Assembly (NCBI RefSeq): GCF_000400465.1
Contig: NW_008806281.1
Location: 82,001-144,000 of the forward strand
Reading direction: 5' to 3'
Length of the DNA: 62,000 nt
Source of the DNA: Wallemia ichthyophaga EXF-994
Taxonomy: Eukaryota; Fungi; Basidiomycota
Part shown: positions 23,738 through 34,641 of the stretch, piece after piece
Numbering within the stretch: position 1 is the first letter of the stretch
Layout of the letters: every line of letters begins with the position of its first letter
The notes under the pieces: model-generated
Databases searched by the model: none
Told to the model about the DNA's origin: nothing
What the model saw: the letters and a program-made list of their open reading frames with translations, nothing else
Program-made: the position numbers and the translations under genes

Positions 23738-25602
23738 TTACATCTTCAACACACTAGTTGTGCTCTTGATTAAATCGATTATGCAGTAGTTGTCGATTGG
23801 TATATACTGATTCGTAATCACTTTGATGATCTCCTGACTGGCTAATCCACCTAGGAAAGCTGCTGTATTTGGTAAATCACTACCACCGCCTCTAACCAAC
23901 TCCAGAAGCGAATCAGAAATGACTTTAGATGGTTCTTTACCACATAAATCTTTCGTAACTTTCTCCAGTTCACTATTCACTCTCATTACGTCATTCTCGA
24001 AATCCTCTAATTTACAGTCTCCTGGTTGCCTTTTGTACTTTTCACTGAATGCGTCTGAGATTATAAAAGCTACGTAAATAGCGTATGCAGATTCCGTGAA
24101 TTCATCACTTATACCACTAGCTATGAGTAGCGTTAGTTTGGAAGCATCACTAAATCTGTCTTCTCACAAATTACGTCGCGTCTTGGCGAAGTGTACTCAT
24201 CTCCGATACTGCTTCCTTTGATAACTTTCAAGAAGGCGGAGTGCTTCGCGAATGCTCCAATCAAATCGTCACTGAAAATGTTGATAGAAACGCTAAATTT
24301 GTCAATAATGCCGATGAGAATGCTTTTCAGCTCTTCGACATCTTCACGTGCTTTGTTCTTGTAGATGGTTTGAAGGTGGACGTAAGTCTGAGTGTCAGTG
24401 TGCAAGTCTGGCAGAGTACCAGGATGAGGCAAGACACCATGCCTGTCACTGAACACCTTCAATGACGCTACCAAAAACCAGAACGGAGATGAGTCTTTTG
24501 AAAGGTTTTTGAGGGAATCGTCTTGATACAGTTCAGCAACTTGGTGCGGTATATCATTACTCTGGAACGCTCTGTATGCTTGCGACTGAGCCTCGTCAAA
24601 ATTTTGCTCATCTACACCTTTCCTACGATGGCTATCCATGACTTTTTTGAATTCTCTCTTCTCAGTGATATTCTTTGGGAGTGCACCGTCGTGGCTCTTT
24701 TTCCACTCATCGAGTTGTTTAATGAGCACGACAATGTATGGTATGTGAGCGTGATCGTTGTCTGAAACCTTATTTAAATCGGTCGACTGCACGAATTTTT
24801 TGAGCTGTTCAAATGGCTTGTTTAAACGCAAGTCTACGATGGCGTCTGGATGAGTGTCTATTATGGTTTGTTCGGGTAGTTGTACGCGCAAAGATGCGTA
24901 AAAACCTGAAGTTTTCATTGAGAACAAAGGAAGATGATTACTCCAAGCCAAATCGGATAACTTTAAAGTGAGATCAGTCTCAGTGTTGTGTAAAATAACG
25001 GCCGAGAAGTTTGTGAAGAAGTCTGGTTGAGTTTCCAACACATGATATGGATTCTTCACCAGCCCTTCGCCCTGTACGCTGTCGTTCATTTCTAACAACA
25101 ATCTAACTGTTTCTGTAGCGCGTGGCTTACCAACAGACTCAGGCTCCAAGAAGAAGTTGTTGCCAATATCTGCGTCTGTGACCAATTGATCGTCCATAAC
25201 GGTGAAATGACCAATGCCTTGGAATTAAGAATGAGACTGCAGATAAGAAAGGCAAGGAGCTAAAACACACCTGGTAAGACTAGGTTCTTCAAAGTTGCGC
25301 TTGATGTGGCTGAACCGTTTATGACTAAAACTCGAGCGTTTTCCAACGCAGATTGGCCAGCGGCTGCCCACAACCTTGATATTCTGTTGATCAGAGCCTA
25401 ATGAAATGATATTACCCACCTCAACTGTCTATCGTAACGTCTAGTTTTACTGAATCGTGTTTAAATTGAGTGTGTGTGGGGATATGGATATGCTTACTGA
25501 TCAGGTCTCTGGCTGTGTGGATTTTGAGTGCGATAAACGATAATAAGCGTCAACTAACTCTGTAACTTTGAATTCTGCTGAAGTTATTTGTTCTAAGTCC
25601 AT
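23738..25602 (-). CDS. ULA1: NEDD8-activating enzyme E1 regulatory subunit
   Basis: KTRRYDRQLRLWA, ATSTLKNLVLPG, IGNNFFL, HAHIPYIVVL, AAFLGGLASQEIIKVITNQYIP. Confidence 0.92.
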
Positions 25603-25720
25603 CGCAAGTCGCAGTTGTTAAGCAAGAGGAGATGAAATATTAATATAATTTTTGCTCCAGTAGACCCAATTAGATTTAACATTCTTTCTTCATTATCAAC
25701 CTCTATGATCTAATCTCATT

Positions 25721-27835
25721 ATGTCCAGATTAGCTCCTCGATTGCCAATCCCTCCTTTAGAATCAAGCTTAGAAAAATATTTAAAATCTTTGGAACCTTT
25801 TATAGACGACGATAACCACGTCAGGTCTCATCTCCGCGCTATCGCTGACGATTTCAGAGATGGCCTTGGGAAGAAGTTACAGACGAGGCTTAAAGGTGAG
25901 AATTTCCAGCACACAAAATGTCATCTTATATTCCTCAAGACGTTGACAGAGTTTCCCCTACAAATTGGCTCGATGATCGTTGGTGGATTAAACTGGCCTA
26001 TCACACCAATAGGGCTCCCTTGCTCATAAACTCAAATTGGTGGCTCTTATACAAAGATGATCCATCCACCCCCAACGACCTCAAAATGACTAAAGATAGC
26101 CGTGGTTTCACAAATTGGCAGATTCTTAGAGCTGCGTGGCTGACGAGAGGATTGTTGCACATAAAACAGCTCCTCGACAAAGGCGAACAGCTCCCAGACT
26201 TATCTAAAGCTGGTCAGTGTCTTACTCTTCACTGTCTTTGTCTGACCAAGTCATTACAGCTCGATGGTTCGGTCCTCGTGCTAACAAGCTGTTTGGTATG
26301 ACACGCTTACCTCAGTACGACTGTGATCACTTGACACACGTACCCTTGCCCAATCTCACAAAGCACATTGTCGTGTTTGCTAAGAGTCAGGCGTTTAAGG
26401 TGGACGTAATAGATGCAGAAGGTGGTATATTTGGTTGGGATACCATTGCCAAGTCTTTCAGTGGTATTACAGAGAGTCTCAGCAACGATCTCGACTCACC
26501 TGTAGGTGTCATGACGGCGGTTGATAGGGATACATGGACTAGAGTGGGTGATATCGATCATGTCTCATAAATACCCGCTAAACCTTTAACAGAATCGTGA
26601 ACATCTCAAGATAATATCGCAAAAAAATGAGCTTACTTTGTCTGCTATCGAATCAGCACTGTTTACGGTCTGTTTAGACGATTACACTCTCCCTCCTCGC
26701 AGTAAGGAGCAGGACGTGTTAGATGGCCATATGATTAATATAGCTGGTGGAATAAACGGCAAAAATAGATGGTTTGACAAGTCAATGAGTCTTATTGTCG
26801 AAAATAATGGCAGAGCAGGTATGAACGGTGAACACTCATTCGTTGAAGCCCTGGTGCCATCGATAGTAGCTGATTATACGCTTTATGAAGATATGCCAGT
26901 GAATGCTTCAATTGCTTCTCAGCAACAATCTTGTCGCTCTGAAAGGCTTCGGTGGGTTTTAGATGATCACATTATCAGTGAAATCAAGAGTGCAAATTCA
27001 GTAGCTGAGCGTATACTGAATGATTCAGAGCCTTCAGAGTTACTTTTCAGCGAATTCGGTGTGGATTGGATGAAGGAAGTTGGTGAGGTTTCACTTGCTG
27101 TATTGGCATCTTCTCACGAAATCGAAAGCCGGTCTCGCGCCAGATGCGTTCATACAAATGGCGCTGCAATTAGCATGGTTCAAGAACCAAGGATACTTTA
27201 CAGCGACGTATGAGACTGCGTCCACTAGAATTTTCGATAATGGCAGGACAGATACGCTTCGAACTCTAACAAGCGAGTCGAAGCGCTTCGTAAAGACAAT
27301 GATGTCGAAAGATGTCAATGTGAGTAAATAATTGATCATCATCATTTTTCTCACTTAAACTTTATAGGATTCTGCCAAGTACGACAGCTTACTGCAAGCT
27401 ACAAAAACACATGCTAAGAATATGCGGGATGCAACCACCGGCAAGGCTTTTGATAGACACCTGCTGGGATTGAGGATGTTGCTGCGGCCTGGAGAAAGCC
27501 ATGAGTTGTTCGACAACAAGTATAATGCGATGAGCTCGGAATGGAAACTTAGCACAAGTGGACTAAGCGCTGGACCTCGTTTTAATGGAACTGGGTGCGT
27601 TTTTGTTAAGACTTTAACGTAACACTCATAGCGCTGCAGCTTTGGTACTGTCTATCCAGATGGATATGGTATTAATTACATGGCGGGGCCCTCCGAACTT
27701 AAATTTGGTATAGAAAGCAAATTACACTGCTCAGCGACGTCAACGTACGGATTCAAGCGTGATTTGCTTTCGTCTCTCCAAGAAATGCGACACGTTTGTG
27801 AAACACAGCAAAAAACCCTGAAAGCTAGATTATAG
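25721..27835 (+). CDS. Choline/carnitine O-acyltransferase family enzyme with C-terminal PTS1-like ARL
   Basis: PRLPIPPLESSLEKYL, NWLDDRWW, NRWFDK, GEHS, ATYETASTR, GKAFDRHLLGLR, FGTVYPDGYGINY. Confidence 0.9.
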
Positions 27836-28026
27836 AGTCTCTTATAAAGTATAGTGACCTACTTAAATACTGCTAATTTTTGTAAACTAGTATTCAACAT
27901 TGAATTTTTCGTATGAAGGATATCAAGACATGTTAGTGATATAAAAATAGAAGAGATGAAGACCCCATTTCATAAGTAAGACTTATCTGCCTTATTTAGT
28001 GGTAAATTTAGATAGTTAATTCAATA

Positions 28027-28676
28027 TTAATTCATCTTCAGATGTGCTTCTTCAGGTCTTTGTAACCTTCCACTGCGGGAGTATTCGATACACAGGTCGG
28101 AAAGTTTGAGGTTCGAGAATATTAATGCGTTCTTTTCTAAAAAGAGCATAAAATCATTTATAAAAGAGAAGTTGAATCTAAGTCGCAGAATCTTACTGTT
28201 TCCTCTCGACATTCTCGAAATTGACCATCTGTAAAGAGTTTCTTCGGTGGGCTCTTCAAATTTTGGATACTCTGAATTGGGAATCATGCGATGAAAAAAT
28301 CAGCGGTTTTGGGGCTTTACAACGCAAAGTGCCAGTGATTGTTGACGAAATAAGGCTGCCTTAGTGGCATACCAGTTAAGTGCGCGGAATTGTGAAGACT
28401 TGTATCAACAATTTCATGGGTTATTTCAGCCGCCAATGTCGCTATTTTTATGAAGGCACAGTGATCAAAGTCATGAATGGTATGAGGCACAAACAGGTGA
28501 TACTTTATTTTATCGGAATGTACCGGGAAAAGGAAAAGTAGAACAATTAAGTTATCCAAGTAGACAGAAAGCGTCTGCATCACTGCTTCAAAGCCTCCAT
28601 CATGGCTACTAGATAGACAAAGAGAATTAAAAAACCTCGAAACGCACGCGAATGATGAAATGATAATGTAATCCAC
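28027..28676 (-). pseudogene. Orphan ORF pair (119 aa and 86 aa), possibly one disrupted gene
   Basis: Two minus-strand ORFs separated by TAA, TGA and a frame change with no clear intron; no family recognised. Confidence 0.25.
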
Positions 28677-28687
28677 TAATACACCAA

Positions 28688-29548
28688 TTACTCTTCTTCC
28701 TCGCCGACCCTGTACGCAACAAGAGCTTCCACCTTGTGCACCGAGGTATCGAAAGAACGCAACCTGACTTGCTCCGTTTTATCTGATTGGATGAGATGTG
28801 GGTCTGCATCCACCCAGGAATCAGAAACTTGCATAGTCTTTGCTTCTTCGGTATCGGATGTATAGATGAGAATATTGAACGCACAAGGCTCATCGATCAT
28901 AGGAAGGAAAGTGACTGATGCTGTTATTTGACGAATGATGGCTTGTATTTCGCTGTGGATTTCTTTTTCTGTCTTTGGTTTGTTTTGTTTTTCGCTGTTT
29001 TGGCTGCTTTCACTATTTCTTTTGTCAGGAATAATATAATTCGCGCTTAAAAGCACCACTCACTCTGAGGCTGTGTTCTGTATGTCAAATTGCCATCTCT
29101 CTAACGTTTCCCTCGATTCCTTGCTCACAATCGCCAAAACTAATTTGCTTACTTGATTACCTAGGAGCCATTCACTCAATTGAGAAATAACTTTGCTGAT
29201 GTAAGTTTTCAATCCGTCATCGTTTGTTACTAGCATGTTTAATCCATACTTCTTCACCATCGAGAAGTCTTCTGGCTAGCAGTTGAGTTAGAATGGGCAG
29301 TGAGCGTACAATAGCCACACTAACAGGGTATACAGCTCTTTGGAATAATATACTTTCGCGTTTTGTTAGAATTTGACGCGTTAAATTGGTATACTATCTG
29401 CGCACCTGTTCACAGCATACTAAAAGCCCATTCAGCTAAATCCTATTTAACAGACTAGGAAACTTACACTGAAGAATTCTGTAACAATTTTAGTTGATCC
29501 CTTCAAATTTATCGTCGAACGCGTTGGTGCTGCTTGAGCTGTAGCCAT
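28688..29548 (-). CDS. MAD2: Spindle checkpoint HORMA protein
   Basis: LKGSTKIVTEFFS|YAVNS|ILFQRAVYP|PEDFSMVKKYG, LERWQFDI, IQAIIRQITASVTFLP, VRLRSFDT. Confidence 0.95.
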
Positions 29549-29580
29549 GGTGAGTGGTGGTGATAAAGAGAACAACGCGT
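29354..29580. promoter_or_regulatory. Cluster of MCB-like motifs inside MAD2 and BET4 gene bodies
   Basis: ACGCGT at 29376, 29519 and 29575; TTTCGCGT at 29354. Confidence 0.35.
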
Positions 29581-30670
29581 CTAAGGAAAGCGATAGCACG
29601 GAATCAAAAGACAGCAAGCTGCTAAAGATTCAGATGACAATATAAGCAAGAGTATAGCCCACTATAGATGTGTAGAGGCTGGCGTTATGGACTTGGTGGG
29701 TAGGCGCATTTGCATAGCGCACGGCACATAGCAAACAGCAAACACTCACATAGAAGACTAGAGGAACCACGCAGTCAAGACAGCAGAGAGTTTAGATGCT
29801 GTGACGGAGTTGCTCAAAATCAATCCTGAATACTACACGATGTGGAATTATCGTCGTATTATATTATTAAACCTATTCACGGAAATCGGTGTGGATGCAA
29901 CGCAGGAGAAGCTTTCATTTGAGCTTATGTTTACTCTTGGTCTGCTGAAGGAGTTCCCGAAAGTCTACTGGATCTGGAATCACCGGACGTGGGCATTGGA
30001 GACGTTGTCGGCTACTTTCACAGACGAGCAAGCCGATGGGAGATTGTGGGAGTGGAATAATGAATTGAAGATGGTTGACAGTCTGCTGAAATTAGATTCA
30101 CGCAACTTCCATGCCTGGGGATACAGAAGACAGCTGCTCACTCTCATGAATTTCAAGGAAGATAGAAATACAGTCAGCACATTCCCACACGTACTCAGTC
30201 GAGATCAGCTCCTCAAAGAGAAACAGTCGACACTTCACTTCATCGAAAACAACTTCAGTAATTTCTCGGCATGGCATCAAAGAACGAAGATTTTGAGCCA
30301 ATTATGGGCGTTAGATGGAGGCGTTAGTATAGACGATCTCAATGAAGAGTTTGACTTAGTCAAACAGGCTATGTACACCGATCCATCGGATCAGTCGGTT
30401 TGGCTGTATCACAAGTGGTTGATACAACAGGTAGCTGATGAAAATATCGTAGATGTGCTACAAAGAGAGCTGGAGTCTATTAACGAGCTTTATGAGCTTG
30501 AGCCTGAGTCGAAGTGGTGCTTAGAATCTCTCGCTCACTACAACAAACTACTTCATCAACATACTCAAGCGAACGAGCTGCTCCGTAGATACAATGAATA
30601 CCTTACTGAACTCATCACAATTGATCCAGACAGAAAAAATAGATATCTAGACTCCCTTGTAAAGCTGTAA
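29547..30670 (+). CDS. BET4: Rab geranylgeranyltransferase alpha subunit
   Basis: ATG, then GTGAGT intron 29550-29596, then HGIKRQ; NPEYYTMWNYRR, PKVYWIWNHR, DSRNFHAWGYRR, NFSNFSAWHQR, YTDPSDQSVWLYH. Confidence 0.92.
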
Positions 30671-30786
30671 TAATGCAAAATTTCATACAAAAAAATCTAA
30701 TGCATCGCAAGCAATGCTAAATTTATAACAAATTGATTTATCGCTTTAACAAAACATTGCGTAAAATTGTCGTCATTAATAATTAT

Positions 30787-31857
30787 CTACTCGATAGCAC
30801 TGGTTTGATCCTTTGGTGGTTGGTAATCTGGTCTGAAGATGGAGTCAAGGAAGACACCAACACCACCTTCGTTGTTGGTGAGAGTTCTGTGTGTACAGTT
30901 TTCTCTTGGTGCCTTCATGGCGTTACCCATAGAACAAGAGAAACCTGAAGCCTTGAACATTCCAACGTCGTTCTCACCGTCACCGAACGTTATTGTGTTT
31001 TCTGGTGCAATACCGTAAACCTTGCAGAAGTGAGCCAATGCGACAGCCTTGTCAACACCTGGTGGACACAACTCAATAATGTATGGGAGTGCACGAGTCA
31101 ACTTGAATGAGTCTCTTGGGAAACGTGGCTCGTGGAGAAGGAGAGTCATGAAGTCTAAACTATGTCAATTTGACAAATAAGCTAAGTAAAACCAATACTC
31201 ACCTTCAATGACGGTTTCCTCCATTGGACAGAAAATCTTGCAGATGACGACTTCCTCCTTATCAACTTTTTCTAAGAAGTCGGTGCCTCTCTTGTCAGAA
31301 ATTGAAGGATCGAAACCCTTTGAGATTTCGAAGAAATCCTTGTCTGGCCTCTCTTCCAAAGAGACACAGTGGACCTTGTCGTGCTCGTAAAGCATACAGG
31401 TCTTGTTGTGCTTCATCATCATGTCAACAACAGACAAGACGGTGTTTTTGTTGATCTTTTGTTGAGATTGGACGGTGCCGTCTGGGTTGTAAATAATAGC
31501 ACCGTGACAGGCACCAACTGGCATATCGAGGAGGTCACATTCGATACGCATATCATTGATAGATACCAATTGTTTACCAGTAACTGGCAAAATTGGAATT
31601 TCAGGCTTGTTGGCTCTCAACCACTTGAAACAGTCAATAACTCTTGGGTGAACACCGTGGTCATCGTCGAAGAGAGTACCATCAACGTCGGAGATGATCA
31701 TTTTGATCTTGTCTGCAGGGATATTTGGGCCTTCTGGCTTCGATGGTCTTTGCTGGACCGAAGGCTTAGCGAGGGCCTTGATAGAGGAGCGACGACGCTC
31801 AGATTGCTTTGGATCCCAACCTGAGCTGGAGCGACGTTGGTTTTGGCTGCTAATCAT
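30787..31857 (-). CDS. Cof-like HAD-IIB hydrolase
   Basis: ISDVDGTL, VTGK, GVDKAVAL, FGDGENDVGMF; one intron near 31150-31203. Confidence 0.88.
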
Positions 31858-32264
31858 TTTTGTATTTAGCTGTTTTTAGTTAAGAATCAACCAGCGAACG
31901 AAGTACGCTTAAAATGTCCAAACGTGGAGTGCCTGTTTAGATGACGTTGTGATAATACGTCAAATGAATCAATTAATATCTGTATGAATATATTCTAGTT
32001 ATGTGCTCTTCTGCCCGCTATTTATCTCGATTAAATTGTTTCGCGTAATCTTCTTTGGTAAAAATTTTGCAATCGATTGAAATCTAATCGGTTAGGGACA
32101 AAAAAGTTTATTAGGGTGACTTTGTAAGCACATGAATATCTCAGCGTTTCGAGGAAATTCTCATTCACTCCACTCACATCGCCGTAATAATCCGGATTAC
32201 ATTACATTTCATTGGATAATATGAGGAGGATAATATGAGGATAGTATGATTCTAAATAGATATT

Positions 32265-34479
32265 TTACATGGATTCTAACTTCTTTATCATTGCTTCCAT
32301 ATCATTCTTAAGCTGCTTCAAATGCGCTACTTCTTTATCAAGATCTGCATCATTGATTGAGCCTGACTTGACGTCACGGATCCGATCACCCTGAGCTAAG
32401 ATACTATCATTCAATACCTTTGCTTCTGGTGTATCTGGCACTTTCACTACCTCCTTGGCTGCTTTCGCTGCTTTTGCTTGCTTGGCCAGCTGCTTTTTCG
32501 ACAATTCTGGTTTTGGCTCCTCGCTTTGCATACCACCAAACTTCTTTCTCCAGACGTCTTCCATCTTCTCATCTATACGAGTGAATAGAATGCTTGGTGT
32601 TCCAATTCTGTGTCCTGGGTAAAGATCTATGGCGAATGTTTCTGGTAGAGTGCGTGGTGGTGCGTTCAATTGATTTATGATTGATTCTGAGGTTGATGGC
32701 ATGAATGGGTGCACAGCTGCGCTAAGTATGTAGATGAGATTAATAGCTACCAGTATTGTTCTCTGAGCTCTACGTGGGTGCTCAGCTTATCGCTTTGTTA
32801 GTTTTTAGGGTCTTTCTCACTCTAATCGACTCACCCAAAAGCGCATTGTCGAGCTTGTTCTCTTGTATCCACTCATTACCACGTCTGGACAGTGCAAGGA
32901 CATCCTCCAAGCCAGATCGCAGATGTGCGCGCTCCATAGAGTCAATGTATCTTTTCAGAATCTCATTGATATCCTTAACGAAGCTATTTTTACGTGCCAT
33001 GAATTCGGAATCATCTGAAAAGATGAGATTAGTGTCTTGAGCTTCACCAGGCACAAGACTGTCGAATTTGGCAGCGGTGAACTTGAGAACCTAGACTTCA
33101 CGTTAGCTTTGAGAAGTAAGACAAAATATAACTCACTCTATTGACAAAGTTTCCGAAATTCTTGAGTAAGTTGTTGTTGTTCGCACTGACAAAGTCACTC
33201 CATGTGAACTCAGTGTCACCAGATTCGGGACGACGACTGAGTAAGAAGTATCTCCATACGGATGGTGACAAGCCTGTTTCCTTAGCACTGTTACCAAATA
33301 CACCAACACCCTTTGATTTACTGAACTTTCCACCTTCATATTGGAGATAGTCTGTCGATGAAATGTACTTGAGTCTAGTCCAGTCACGTCCATCTGCTAA
33401 CAACAAGGAAGGGAAGAAACACAAATGGAAATATACGTTATCCTTGCCCATAAATTGGTATAAGTTGACGTTCTTTGGATTTAACCACCATTTCTGCCAC
33501 TGATCGGTGTAATTTGCAGTGATGGAGATATAACCAATTGGAGCATCCATCCAGACATACATGACCTTTCCAGCCATTTCAGCGTCTTCCTCAGCATCTC
33601 CTACGGCTGGTACAGGGACGCCCCACTTAAGATCACGAGTGATTGCAGAAGGTTGAAGACCAGCTTTCATTCTAGCCTCGACAATCTCTCTATCTGAGTT
33701 GATGATAATGTTTGCAGGCCAGTTGTATTGCTTTGCAGTGTCTTTCAACCAACCTTCTAATGATGGCTGCAATTTACCCAAATCCAGGTACATATGAGCA
33801 GTTGGACGAGTTACGAGCTGTGAATTTGGATTCATTTTAGACCTTGGGGATTGTAATTCGAGTGGACTATCAAAAGTACGCGAACACTTGTCACATTGAT
33901 CACCACGAGCGTCGTCTGCTTGACAGTATGGACAAGTACCTTCAACGAATCTATCAGCCAAGAATTTGTCTTCTTCGACGGAATAGATTTGTTCCCTGGT
34001 AGACTTGACAAGGAGATTGTTGCTTCTAATGTTCTTGTAGAAGTCTTGAACAATCTCCGTTTGCTTATCTGTGGAAGTGCGCCCAAATTTATCAAACTCA
34101 ATTTCAAACCAATCGTAGACCTGCTTGTGGATGGCTGTGAACTTGTCACACAATTCCTTCGGAGTGATGCCATCTTCGATAGCCTTCGTCTCTGTTGCCG
34201 TACCGTACTCGTCAGTACCACAAACGTAGAGAGTGTTGCGATTTCTAACTCTGTTAAATCTAGCAAATACGTCTGCGCTGAGTGTACTGCCAATCACATT
34301 TCCCAAGTGCGGTACATTGTTGCAGTCTGAGGTGCTTGTGAGCTGTTGATGGGTATGCCAGCAACCAACCCACAAGGCAGTGCAGATGTGATGAGCACAT
34401 TTTCCCTGTCATCCTCTGGAAGTATAACTTTGTCCTTTTCGACTAATTTCCTCTCCACTTGCTCGTTATACGTCGTCAT
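32265..34479 (-). CDS. MES1: Cytosolic methionyl-tRNA synthetase
   Basis: ITSALP|[50 protein letters not shown]. Confidence 0.95.
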
Positions 34480-34641
34480 AGTTTGAAATGAAGAAAGAAG
34501 ACAGGCTATTTACCGACAAATCTCGTCAAGCTACCAATGTATATCTTTTAAAAGCCACCGCTATTAATCAACACTATTAACATCTGCTGTAAATCTAAAT
34601 TCCCATCTCATCTCTGCACCACCACCACTGAATTCCAGGAT

